In this document: in pieces, positions 12,304 to 23,858 of the stretch | Layout: every line of letters starts with the position of its first letter | Position numbering within the stretch: position 1 is the first letter of the stretch | NCBI GenBank assembly: GCA_010093605.1 | Contig: MU004190.1 | Span: 558,001 to 622,000, forward strand | DNA length: 64,000 nucleotides | Source of the DNA: Lophium mytilinum | Lineage: Eukaryota | Direction: 5' to 3' | Program-made: the position numbers and the translations under genes | Notes under the pieces: model-generated | What the model was told of the DNA's origin: nothing | The model's database searches: none | What the model saw: only the letters and a program-made list of their open reading frames with translations

Positions 12304-14049
12304 TTAGACCTCAACAGCCAACGCCGCATCTCTCCCCTTCGCCCCACCTACTCCCCTCTTGTAGAACTATCTCTCCTCAAAAGCCTTTACATCGTCCTTT
12401 ACGTACAACTCTCCCTTATTTGCAGCCCTGATCCTGTTCTTCCTGACCCTCCTCACGTCCGTCTCAAGGTTTCGGGTAATATACCAACACCAGCAGCCCC
12501 CGAAGAACCCAGCCGCAATGGCCGCTAAGCAGATCCCGTAAGAAACTCTGTAGCCATTGGCTTTGTACTTTTGTCGGAAGATCTGGGGCCCGATCACGCC
12601 GCCCAGCTGGCCGATGCCAGACTGAAGGCCGAAAGCGAAGGCAGTGCCAGTTGTGCCTTTGAGTGATGATGTGCGCCCTAAAAAGTAGTATTAGAAGATT
12701 TGACCCAAGACTTCCTCCAGAGCGGTCGCTTACAGGCCCAAAAAGGAATTGCTTCGGCGGCAGAGAACATTGTCCCTAGGACGCAGGCAGCATATATCCC
12801 ACCACGGGGCACGGGTACCCAGGAAGACAGCAAAGCAACCAATTTCCAGGAAATGACTGGAACACCATCAGTTTGGTCAAAAGACGAGTGGAGCGAAACG
12901 TACTGGAAAGAGTGAAGAGTGGCCTCGGTACCCACGCTTTCTTCAGGATATACGCCGCGAAGGTGATGGCAAAAATTGCTCCAGCAGCAGTTGGCTTCAT
13001 CACGTTAGTTGCGGAAGCTTTCAAACTGGGGTCTTTACTCACGATAATGAGCAGCAGATTTCTCGGAAGCCCGGCAAAACCCAGGTTCGTTATGATAGTC
13101 GGCTATGCACAACACCGTTAGCACTAAACTTTCGAGAAAAACTACGAGAGGACAAATCTAGGTCGCACTTACCAAACACCAGCTAAGGCCAAAGCCGCCA
13201 GTGTTCATACAGACCTGCGTGAACATAAATAACCAAAGCCGCGGGTCCTTCAACGTTTCAATAGACTCCTTGACCGAGAAAGCTTTGTCCGAAGTTAGTG
13301 GTGCGTTCTCCGTCAGCCGAAGCTCGACGAATTCCTGCTCTCGGGGCGTGAGCCACTTGGAGGTGCGTTCCGAACGCGGATAGTCGGGATACAACCAATA
13401 GACGACGCCTGCGAAGGCCATGGTCAGGACGCCTTCAATGATGAAGGTCCTACGGCTTGTCAGTCGCGCATTTCTCTTTCTCGATTTCGCCTCCACAGAA
13501 GGCTTCGAGGAGATATTTGAGAACCATACCATTGCCAAGAACTCAGCCCATGCCTTCCATCCAAATAAGAGATCCCATACACCAACTATGAACCCAGAAC
13601 CCCCGCGAGGTTGAAAATAGCAAAGAGCCACATGATTGGCTTTCCCATTTCGTCGGAGCGGTACCACGAGCACAGGTGCGTCATGAGAGCCGGGAACAGA
13701 CCTGCTTCTGCAACGCCGAGGAAGAAACGTACAGCATACAAGCCTTGGCGATTCGTGACTGCGGCGTGACAAGCAAGGATTGCACCCCAGCCGAAACATA
13801 TGCGGGTTTGAAAGACGCGGGGGGTCATCCGCTTTAGGAGCAAGTTCGAGGGGAGCTCGAAAATAATATAGGAGATCTATTTAAGAGAGGTAAGGAAAGT
13901 GTTGCCGAAAGCTAGAGGGGATTATGACTGACATAGTAGATTGATTGAACCCAATTGTACTGATCAGCAGTCATGTGGAGTTGTTTAAGGATGTTGGTTG
14001 GCTTTCCGACGGCCATGACTTTGACAGCTGAGGCATTGTTTACGTCAAT
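12304..14049 (-). pseudogene. MFS transporter, anion:cation symporter (Dal5/Tna1-like) family; inactivated
   Basis: IFELPSNLLLKRMTPR...RFFLGVAEAGLFP...WYRSDE...WQW...FIIEG. In-frame TAG at 13586-13588 (VLGS*LVYGI) and TAG at 12367-12369 (EER*FYKRG). No recognisable exon for the first TM helix upstream of 14049. Confidence 0.8.
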
Positions 14050-14874
14050 CTATGTGGTGGTAAGTTGACTGGCAGAGAGCTGAGGTATCGTCCATAGACG
14101 ACAAGTGAGTCGCCTACTGAAGCTTCATTCGACACTAATTGATGTCGCCATTTCCTCCTATGCCAGCATTGCATGATTGCATTAGCGTCTATTCTGTTCC
14201 CATGACCAGGCTTCGGGGACCCCGACAGACTGGGAGCTTCCAGATAGCCTCTCAACCTTAATCGGCCAGATGGTCAAACGGTACCAAAAATCCCAAATCG
14301 TAAATCGGCAATCTTCAAATGCGATGTGAAAGAAAGAGACCTGAGATAGCTAACCCTAATTAATGCTAATCACGTAGCCAATTTTGTAAGCTGTGAATCA
14401 GTGTTGCTAATGTATTGTTCCATCTTCAGAAGATAAAACAGAGTAGCAAGCAAACACTAGATAAGAGCAGGCGGAGGAAGTGTAGTCGCCAGCTTAAGCT
14501 AGCCAGAAATAAGCTAACTTAGTCACGTGAAGCTCGGATATAAGCCCTTTCTCCCCACTCCCATCAAACACGCAACGCCTAGGTAGAGTGAGCCATCACG
14601 ATAACCTCTCGCCCCTGCGAATTCGCAACACGAAACCATAGCTAAACTCTATTCTGCTCAGAGAGACCCATTTTATGAGATGCCGGTATCCGTGTGAGCG
14701 TTCTTTTCTCCTCCATTGTCCCTGGGATGGGACGTTGTTGGTGTAGAGCACATTATTTCCTGTTATTCTCTTCGGGCATAAGACCGTCACTAACATAAAA
14801 AGCATTCCAATCTTGAGATTTGAAACCTCAAGCACCTTGTAAAACGAAAGAAGTTTTTCCAGACTCCCTCAACC

Positions 14875-16454
14875 ATGACTCTCGACATCGCGATCATTGG
14901 CGGCGGCGTCGGCGGCCTCACAGCCGCAATAGCGCTCCGCCAACACGCTGCACTCCGCGTTCATGTCTACGAGCAAGCTTCTTCGTTCCGCGAGATTGGT
15001 GCTGTGGTTGGGCTGGCACCAAATGGGCTACGGACGCTGGAGAAGCTGGGCGTTGACGATGTACTGACTGATGCGGTGGGATGGCGGAACCCGGGTGGGA
15101 TCCCTATGATTTTCAGGTATGGTAGCTGTGAGGTTTGAAGGAAAGAGGATACAGCGGAGGGATCATGATGAGCTAGATGGCTGATGTGTTGTGTGTATTA
15201 TAGGCATTGGCAGACTGGTGAGATCTTGAGTACGGACCAGTACCATAATGTCCCGGACCGGCGCCATCATTTTGCTCGAGCACATCGTGCGAAGTTGCAG
15301 AAGGCGCTTCTCAAGAAGTTGCCAGCCGATATTCTGCATCTCAACAAGAGAATTGTGTCAGTCGTCGCGGATGGCAAGCAAGTGACGGTTGCATTTGAAG
15401 ATGGTACATCAATCACGCCTGATCTGGTCGTTGGTGCTGACGGGATCAAGTCGGTAAAGTGGCCTTACTTCCTAGTCAGAAAGGTTTAAAGAGTCCTACT
15501 GATATCTATTTCGTATCTTAGAAAGTTCGGAAAGCCTTCATTCCTAACCATGAGCTGAGCTGGACTGGAGAAGCCATTTTCAGATCAACGTTTCCTTACT
15601 CTCTAGTCGCTGATATCAAGGATCTACCGCAAGACTCAATACATTGGGTAATTCTAGAACTTCCTCGTTCACAACCGCGAAGTCACTGATCACATCAATA
15701 GACTGGTCCAACAGCCTGGCTCTTCGGAACCCGCATCGGTAAGACACCTCGCCATCCCAACCCAGCAGCCTCCACTAATACAAACCCCCTAGGGAACGAC
15801 GAATACGCCATAACAGCCAGCTTCCCCATCAACCGCGCCGACCCCAACGCTGCCTTCAAAGACATCGTCTGGAACGCCCCCGCAGACCCAGCAATCCTCC
15901 ACGAGGCCTTCAAAGTACGTTGACCTCCCACTATCCCGTTCCCGCACCCCCATCTGCACCTCCCTTTCCTTCTCTAACTACCCCTTACCCACCCCCCCTT
16001 TAAACCCATCCCCATCTCACACACCACCCCCACAGTCCTTCCACCCTACCGTCCGCGCCACTGTCGCCCGCATCCCCCACCTCCGCCGCTACGCCAACAT
16101 CGCCGGCGCCGCCCTCCCCGACTGGTCCTTCGCCAACGCCCGCGTCGTGCTCCTCGGCGAGGCCGCGCACACGCACGGCGGCGCGTTTGCGGCCGGCGCG
16201 TCCCTCGCTATCGACGATGCTTATGCACTGTACCTCGCGCTAAGGGCTGTTATACCGCCACTTTCTAGCACCCAGACAAACAAGGTAACGAGAGAGCAGA
16301 TTAGGACAGCGTTGGGGCTGTATGAGGCTACGCGCCGTCCGCAGTCGGACAGGGTGTTGAGGCGGCGTTTGAGGGGGTGTTGAAGGAGGCCGGGGGAAGA
16401 GAGAGGGGAAGGCAGGTGGCAGGTAGGGAAGGGGTGGTTGAGGCGAAGTTGTGA
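14875..16454 (+). pseudogene. FAD-dependent monooxygenase (salicylate hydroxylase-like); internal deletion/frameshift near the 3' end
   Basis: IAIIGGGVGGL (GxGxxG), EIGAVVGLAPNG, DLVVGADGIKS (DG motif), VLLGEAAHTHGGAFAAGASLAIDDA (GD motif altered to GE). A C-terminus VEAAF...AKL* lies in another frame after 16356. Confidence 0.8.
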
Positions 16455-17462
16455 AGGGGGGTGAGATGGGGATGCAGGGGGTTTTTGGGTATTGAGAGAT
16501 GTTTCCCTTCACAGCTGCATTACGTTAGTGCCTCTAATTTCCATCTATGAAATCAACACAAATAGCAGGAGAATCCTCCCACTAAGTCAAATAACGGAGG
16601 AGCAGGCAGTATAAGCTATACTCAGCGCGCGTGTCAAGTGTAACTGATTACGATACACGGAGTAGCCCGTATCTCCTTGATTGCAAAACGTGATAAGCTC
16701 GTAGCTTATGGTCTATGTAACTAAGAATTGTAGCATCATGGCGAGCATGTATATTAAATGCTGATGGCAAGCGAGCTAACAACGTAGCGATAAAGCTCAC
16801 AATTATTATCAAAGCTGCGCATCATCATCAATCGTCTACTCTGCTCCTTCTCACACTTTTCACACTCGCCCCATTGTATAGTCTAAAGCCTTCTTTCCAC
16901 TGCCCCCTTCACCATGCGGCGACATGTCGTTGAAATTTTGCAAGCAGACACCCATAGCACGATATGTGGGGGGATTTTGAGCACCCAATGCTACGCTCCA
17001 TGGCAAATTCGTCTTTGTTCTTTTATTGAGAATACTCAACTCGTGTGCAGACTTCAACCTCCTTTCGTCAAAGCTGCCCATGGTCCGACTCCCCTGCCCT
17101 ATCTGAAGGATGGAGGATGGAAGGGTTTATATACCCCGGAGAAGTTGGAATTGCGTGTGGGCACGTGTAGGTCACGGGAGTGCGGAGTACACGGGCTGAA
17201 TTGGGATTGAGTGGTAGAAGAACTCGCGGGTGCAGGTAGGAGGTGGAGGTGGATGTGATAGGCCGATATTATCACTTTAGGAGCTAGACTAGGCGAGATG
17301 ATGGAGAACCGGAGCCCGGAAGACGTTTGTGCAAACCTTGCCGGGGGTTTGAGGTAGCTATATCCAGGAAATGGTGTGCCTTGAATTTCAAACAAGGACT
17401 TTTACGGCTCCGTTCCTTGCGGATAAGTAATCAACCTAGCCATCAGTTAGAGGGCCCCTATT

Positions 17463-19234
17463 TCAAGCAAGACATAGAAAGTTGTTCACGAACCTGTCAC
17501 ACTCCATCGAGAACCCCACCAACTCCCTCCGATTCAACCTAAAGGTGATCGTCCGCCCGTCACTCCCAAGATTCTGTTTCCCAATCCTGAACGTTTCAGA
17601 GCCCCACCCACGCCCAAGCGTTTCCGCTTCTTCGCTCGTTTTACGTGCGCGATAAGCACCATAGTCCGGCGAGTGCATCGCTCTGCTCACGACATCGAAG
17701 ACGACGTCGGAACGCTGCTGCCCCGGCGCTGCAGGCCTTGCGATAAAGCCAGGGCGCGTAAAGTAATCTTTACTGTGCTCGAAATAATACGCCAGGTCGC
17801 CCTCCCTCAAATCGCCGCTCCCAAAGCCAATGTTGTAGTCATCGTTGTTAAGGAAAAGCTCATCGAACCCGCCTTCAATAGCGCGTCTCTTGCTTGTGTG
17901 GAAGCGAGTGACCGAGTGCTCGTCGTGCCAGACCGCAGTGATCGGGCCCAAGCACTTTGCGGATACAGGAAGGTTTCCTCGGAGGCATGTAACGCGAGCT
18001 CAAATGCGTCTCCTAGGTTGCTTTCGTTGAATTCCTCGGGCCACGGGAGGCGGAGCGACTGGACCCAAGTTCTGTACTTGGCGAATCCGTAAGCTGCGAC
18101 GAGCGCGAAGAATAGGTCTTCTAGGCTTTTCGAGTAGTCTACTTGTATCAGGTTGTCGCTGGCTAAGCTAAGGAAGGCGAAGACTCGGTCCCGAGGGTCT
18201 CTGCATTCAGCGTGCCCATAATGCATGAGGAAGTGCACGAGATCGTGGTCGGAGCCTTTTGCTTCTCGGTCTCGAGTATAAAACAGTTCTTCGGCGTGAG
18301 AGCGGCGGATGCTTCGGTATGGGTGTCGGGGTTGTTTTCCCATAGCGGAGAATATGCTGTTGGAGTTGCGGGTCCAGAATTCCAGCGCATCCCACGATAT
18401 CTCTTGCGACCCGTAGCGGATAAGGATGTTTTGAGCAAGCAGCACTTCTTGAACGATCCATGCACGTTCCCAGTACTTGAACTCGAACAAGGTGTCAAGG
18501 GAGTTGAAGAGGAGAGTGCCGTCGTCCCCGAAAAGTTCCTTGTATCTTTTCTTGACAGTTGGCTCCCCGAACCGCGGCTGTGCGAAGTTGAGGAATGCAA
18601 GAGCTTTTTTCACGTTTTCAATTTCGGCTACGCCTAGCCACGTGATTACGTGCTGAGCGTTCTCATCAGTGCGGCCCATCATCTGTACTTGGTGACTCTT
18701 TTCGGCATCGTCGGATTGGTTGATACATGCAGCATCAATCCATAGCGGAATGTTACGATGCTCGTTTTGGGTGCGGCTGTGACGGTAGAGAAACCAGTAT
18801 AGATTTTGAGTGACCGGGAAGTTGAAACCATTTACATTGATGTAGCGTAAATCAGTCTCACTTCCCCAAGCATAGGATAGGGCTTGGTAAACAGGCTTTT
18901 CCGATAAGGGAACACATGTAAGCTCGCAGCAGATTGTTTCAGAATCGGGAAGGCTGTTATTTCGATCCTCGATTGGTAGGAGTTTCAACAGTCGTAGATA
19001 CTTCCGGGAATCAGGCAATGTTTCGTATGCAAAGGGCGACATGCTTCCTTGGTCGGGTTCTCTTGATTGATTGAAGGCATTGTTCTTTGATATCTCTTTC
19101 TGGGATCGTTCTTGTTCTTTCTGACCCTTAACGATATCATCGCTCGCCGCGTTTTGACCCTCAGCTAGTCTGTTTTCTTCTCCTAGACGTTTCCATCTGA
19201 AGAGTCGAAGCAGTGGAGATTCTGAACTGGGCAT
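17463..19234 (-). pseudogene. HET-domain (Het-6-like) protein with a frameshift before the C-terminal region
   Basis: YQALSYAWG, LWIDAACINQSDDAEKSHQV, YWERAWIVQE, CRDPRDRVFAFLSL, VDYSKS. The C-terminal piece (GFGSGDLREGD) is in a different frame (ORF 17463-17951). Confidence 0.8.
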
Positions 19235-19703
19235 GATGAGGCTGAACGAGTGTGATCAAAGAGTTATGAGAGATAAGTGCGAGAACGAGAGAAGGAATAT
19301 GCCAGGAACTTGCATGATGTGCGGGGCCAGCGGTAAACTTATGAGGGAACTGACCGACGTGGCGCAGTTCTTGGCTGCGAGGCTGGCCTCAGAAACGAGT
19401 AGGCAGCGATACAGGCAAGCCTGGCCGGTGGACGAGGCTGAAAGCCCAATCTAAGTCTGGCTGAAGGCGTCACAGCAGTGATGTGATTGGACTGGAGTGG
19501 AGCCGCGGAAGTCTTCACTCCCTTCCATTCCAAGAAACGCGATTTCGCTCCAGGAGCTGCTGCAGCCCCAGAGGCCCTTCATCCAGTTCATACAATAGGC
19601 TCCTGAGGCCGGTTCCAGTAGCAAGAACGAAGCCTCCATGTACCCCACGCCAAATAGCTCCAGTCCAATAACATCACTGCCGCCACAAAATGGCCAACAA
19701 CAC

Positions 19704-22034
19704 TTATTTCACATTAATTCGCGTCCACTTCGCCTCTTCCCCTTCCAGTGCTTCGCCACGCATAAGGCCATGGACATAGCTCTCCCCCACAAGCGTGAAC
19801 TCGCTTTCTTCACCCTTCGCGTTCCCGATACTCTGAAAAATATACGGCAGTGTCGCCCCGGGTATGAGCACCACCTGATCTCCAGGCTGCATGGTCTCAG
19901 GTCCGAGTCCTAAGTACCCTTTTCTGGTCACGAACCAGCGTCTGCCGGCGTTGATGTCGTAGACGGCCTCCGAAACCTCAGACGTTGGGTAGAGCGGCGC
20001 TGTGCCGGTGTGTGTCGATGTAAAGGTACCGGCTTTGTCGTCCCAGTTCCAGTTCCGAGTGTAGGCAGAATTGGGACTCTCTTCTCCGGGTGGAGACACG
20101 TGAGCTGACACCATAGCATTGCTCCTGCTGGGAGATCTTGACTTGGCGTCATTCGTAGAGAGGGATCGAGCGAGGTCTGGGCGTGCACCTGGTTTCAGGA
20201 ACCCATTATCGTTCACAAGCGTGCTATCTGAGGATCTTTGCGTTGGTTCAGGCCGTCGACTGGAATTGGACCGTCTCCTGTCCCGCCGTCGTGCTTCCTC
20301 ATTCCGTCGTGCAGCAGGCGTTTGCATTCTCGATTTTGAAGTCAGCGCGCTGCACATCTCGATGACTTCGTTCGGTACTGGATGAAACCCTTTGTAGATG
20401 TCGGCTAGGATAGTGCGACCGAATGCGACTGATACGGGCTCGTTGGTATGTGTATAGGTAGGCCCTATTTTGCGATTTAGGAGCTCCGAGATACGCAGAA
20501 GGCCGGCATTGGCATTGCTCGAACGTATGAAGGCGAAAAATAGAACTTTGGGAAGCTCTTCGCCAATGGTAGATACGGAGTCCCAGAGGGCAGCGCGCAG
20601 CGAAAGAGTCCGGCCGGACTTAGAGATACGTATGTCGGCGCTGGAGGTGCTACCAGAAGAGTAGATGGATGTACCGTAGTCTTTGAATGGTTTGGGCCAC
20701 AGCGGTGCGTTGAAGTCGGGAACCCAAGTGGGTAGTTCGAGTGAGCGCTCGTAACTTTGGTCGACCAATGATAGGGCGTCGGGGCCGATTTTGGAGAGGA
20801 GACACCGGAAGCAGTCGAGGTAAACTTCTGGTACGGTTTTGCTATAATCTGCCTGGAGAAAGCCTGGGTCTGAAGCAGTGGAGCCCTGCGATCGATCTCT
20901 ATGCCGTAAAGGTAGGCATAATGAGTCGTTGCTGGAGATGGAAAGGATTGCAAAGACCTTGTCCCGGGCATCGCCGCACTCCCGGCTTCGAGTAAGACCG
21001 ACGCACTTCTCGAGAGGCCAAAGCTGGTTTTGCACATGATAGCTTCGTGCCTCGAGCATCATACGTATCGACTCAAGATGTTGTGATAGGGGATGCGTTC
21101 GCATATGGGTGTCCGTCGCTTGAGATGCGTAGAATCCGAGATCTAGCAGTCTTTGAAGACCCTTCTCTAAAGTCTCCAGAGAAATCTCATATGGACCAAT
21201 GTAGAACTGTAGTTGTTTTGCTAGAACGATTTCTTGGAGGACCCATGTCCTTCGGAACCAGCGACCTCGGAAAAGCCTGAACAGATGTAGCCATTCTTCG
21301 GGTCCCTTTCGGAGGAGCTCAGTAAAGATGTGCTCGAGGGAGGTCTTCGGTCCGCGTGACTCTTTTGTTGATTGTTCTTCTTGAATATTGCTGTCGTACT
21401 TCATTACAGCGGTGCACTCGTTTTTGACATCGTCCGGTTTTTGATTAGGTATGGACGGTAGCTTGGACATGTATTCGATTGTCCGCGTTGTTGTCTCCGT
21501 AGCCTTACCTAACCATACCACGACCTGTCGGGCTGAGTCGAATATCCTTCCCATCATATTGACCTGAGCGTTTCTTTCTCGAAGGTCGTTTTGGTTTATG
21601 CAGATAGAATCAATCCAAATTGCCGTTCGACGTCGAGACCTCCTGCGTAGATGAAGTAGAGCATCATGCAAATTGGGAGTGACTTTTATACATTGGTCGT
21701 TGCAAATGATGGTCTCGTTTCCCACGCCAATGTTAGACAACTTTTCCCATTGCTTGGCCACTTTGCCAATTCTGCTGCTTAACGATACGACTTCAAGGAA
21801 GCCGGATTGGTCCTTCTGCCATGTGTATGACAGTGCTTCGTAGACGGGCTTGTCATTTAAGTCGGCCTCTGTCATGGTACATCGTAAGATACTGGCGCCG
21901 TGATCGCCCTTGATCCGAAGGAGTCGAATTGAGGTCTCATTCTTGAAGGGGTCGTATACTCCAGATCGATTGAAAAGTGATGAGATACCTTCCGTCAGCT
22001 TATGATGGAGTTCTTTCTTGGATTTGGTATTCAT
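19704..22034 (-). CDS. HET-domain heterokaryon incompatibility (Het-6-like) protein, intact
   Basis: 776-aa single-exon ORF: IRLL, YEALSYTW, IWIDSICINQNDLRERNAQVNMMGRIF, WFRRTWVLQE, DARDKVFA, LPTWVPDF, GYLGLGP...GD, LVGESYVHGLMRGE. Confidence 0.93.
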   Translation of the reverse strand: MNTKSKKELHHKLTEGISSLFNRSGVYDPFKNETSIRLLRIKGDHGASILRCTMTEADLNDKPVYEALSYTWQKDQSGFLEVVSLSSRIGKVAKQWEKLSNIGVGNETIICNDQCIKVTPNLHDALLHLRRRSRRRTAIWIDSICINQNDLRERNAQVNMMGRIFDSARQVVVWLGKATETTTRTIEYMSKLPSIPNQKPDDVKNECTAVMKYDSNIQEEQSTKESRGPKTSLEHIFTELLRKGPEEWLHLFRLFRGRWFRRTWVLQEIVLAKQLQFYIGPYEISLETLEKGLQRLLDLGFYASQATDTHMRTHPLSQHLESIRMMLEARSYHVQNQLWPLEKCVGLTRSRECGDARDKVFAILSISSNDSLCLPLRHRDRSQGSTASDPGFLQADYSKTVPEVYLDCFRCLLSKIGPDALSLVDQSYERSLELPTWVPDFNAPLWPKPFKDYGTSIYSSGSTSSADIRISKSGRTLSLRAALWDSVSTIGEELPKVLFFAFIRSSNANAGLLRISELLNRKIGPTYTHTNEPVSVAFGRTILADIYKGFHPVPNEVIEMCSALTSKSRMQTPAARRNEEARRRDRRRSNSSRRPEPTQRSSDSTLVNDNGFLKPGARPDLARSLSTNDAKSRSPSRSNAMVSAHVSPPGEESPNSAYTRNWNWDDKAGTFTSTHTGTAPLYPTSEVSEAVYDINAGRRWFVTRKGYLGLGPETMQPGDQVVLIPGATLPYIFQSIGNAKGEESEFTLVGESYVHGLMRGEALEGEEAKWTRINVK

Positions 22035-22934
22035 GGCTGGGGGGTTGTTTGATTATGACGAGGAAAATAATGCAATGAAAAGAACGCTCGTGACCATGCG
22101 AAAAGCTGTGAACATCTAAATTGAGCCTGCGGAATAGATAAAAGTGGCATGATGGGGACCGATGGTTATGATATCTAATAAAGAGCAACCGGTTGGCGGG
22201 GATATCGGTCAATTTATAATATGGAATGGGCGGCCTCAGCCTCACCGTTGAGGGTTGGAGGGTGAAGCCTTGTGGGGCCAGTCTGTCAGGCGCTGCTTTG
22301 CATGGAAGCGAGTGTGGCTTGCAGACGTTCGCGTATTATCCCCGATAAATCAGCTATGTGCCTAAATGTCGAGTATATGGGGTTGCTCAGCGAGGACTGA
22401 AAGTGTTTGAGACTGTAAATTTGGGTTTCGAAAGGAGTGCAAATACAGGTGGGAAATACGGATTATCATGACGCTACGGAATCACGTGATTTGCCACTTC
22501 GACTCAGCCCCAGCCAAGGCTTACAGCCTTCTTCAGGCAACAAGAAAAAGCCCGGATAGTAGGAATCAGTTGATGACAGTACGTAGTTGAATTCAATGCG
22601 ATATTTGGTATCCCTAAATCATGAATTCTCCGGACCATCGCTGGCGATGCCGTCTAAACCGATCCCGGATGACGGGAAGACCACCGAGCATACAAAATGA
22701 ATGAAGACACCTCCCACTAAATCAATACATTGATGAATGCTCGTAATCCAAAAAGCCGGGCGCGTGGAATAGGCAAATACAACCCGCATGTGGTCTTACA
22801 AGACCCTGAAGATGAAGTACCGGCGTGCAAGTGGACTTTTGCAAATGGACTTTTGGCCTTATGCCTGTGTCACAAGGTGACTGGGGAGCTTTTGTGCAGA
22901 ATCTGTCTCGTGAGACAGCGGGTATCTTGGTTCA

Positions 22935-23858
22935 TCACGAGGCGCCAACCGATGCCGAGTTCTCTACAGCCTTCTCTTTGCCTTTATCAGACTTCTTCTC
23001 ATCGTCTAGGTAAAGATCGTGCTCGTAGATGTAGTCGACGACTTTGTCAGGGATGAGGTACCGAATACTCATGCCCCGCTTGCGGAAGAGCCGGATCTTG
23101 GTGGACGACACGTCGTTTTGGATGAGTTGTTGAATGACTCTAATATTGTCACTCCACTGCTGGAGATTGGTAAGGGCATCATCTGTACCAGTCAGAGTGA
23201 TATTCAGTGTGAAGTTTGCGTTTAACGTACCAATATCTGTGCCACTACGCTCCAGAATGAAAGCACCGTAGTGACCAAGGATCCTGTCCAGATCCTCATG
23301 CGCCCAGAGTCCTGGCGTGCTCATAGTTTGGATGAGATCGGCGCCGGCAAGCAGAGCAACATGGATGCGCTTCTTTTCGCCCGTCTGAGTCTCTATTCCC
23401 CCAAGAACGTCGTTCAATTCGAAGTCGAAGTGGTCTAGTACCTTAACGGTAGGTAGATATTCCTTATGCAGCGGCTCCCAGGCATCCACCCCGATCCAGT
23501 CTGAGCTCTCCCTGACGGCGATATTGGTCATGTTGATCCGGTGCTGCGCGGAAACCAGTCCAGCCTTCTTGTACGCGTCACCTACAGGGCTGAAGAAGCC
23601 GCCGATAAGCTCATATTGGGTTTGGAACTCGCAGTAGTCGGAAGCCTGCTCGAACATGCGCAGATGGAGGTTTGTCGGCGGAGAGAAGGAGCCGCACGAG
23701 ACGAGCACAATGGGGGTCTTGGTGTCATCTTTGAGGACCTTCCGAAGCCGGTCCGTGGGGAATTTGTAGTTGGCCAACGTCATCACGGTGTCCTGCTGGG
23801 CGTTGCCGTTGGGCGCGCCACCGTTCTGGCCGAATGCCAGCGTCGGGGTGTCTGTCAT
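22935..23858 (-). CDS. NMA1: Nicotinamide/nicotinate mononucleotide adenylyltransferase
   Basis: CGSFSPPTNLHLRMFE, SPVGDAYKKAGL, LLAGADLIQTMSTPGLW, NDVSSTKIRLF. 48-nt in-frame intron 23183-23230; start codon choice uncertain. Confidence 0.95.
   Translation of the reverse strand: MTDTPTLAFGQNGGAPNGNAQQDTVMTLANYKFPTDRLRKVLKDDTKTPIVLVSCGSFSPPTNLHLRMFEQASDYCEFQTQYELIGGFFSPVGDAYKKAGLVSAQHRINMTNIAVRESSDWIGVDAWEPLHKEYLPTVKVLDHFDFELNDVLGGIETQTGEKKRIHVALLAGADLIQTMSTPGLWAHEDLDRILGHYGAFILERSGTDIGTLNANFTLNITLTGTDDALTNLQQWSDNIRVIQQLIQNDVSSTKIRLFRKRGMSIRYLIPDKVVDYIYEHDLYLDDEKKSDKGKEKAVENSASVGAS

Noticed and set aside
12367..13588. TAG stops in the MFS gene as A-to-I editing targets (UAG to UGG)
   Set aside because: Context at 13586 suggests Leu rather than Trp, the gene has other lesions, and its partner gene is also broken; ordinary decay is simpler.
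16860..17395. Short ORFs between the monooxygenase and the HET gene
   Set aside because: No motif in any frame; cannot be distinguished from chance ORFs.
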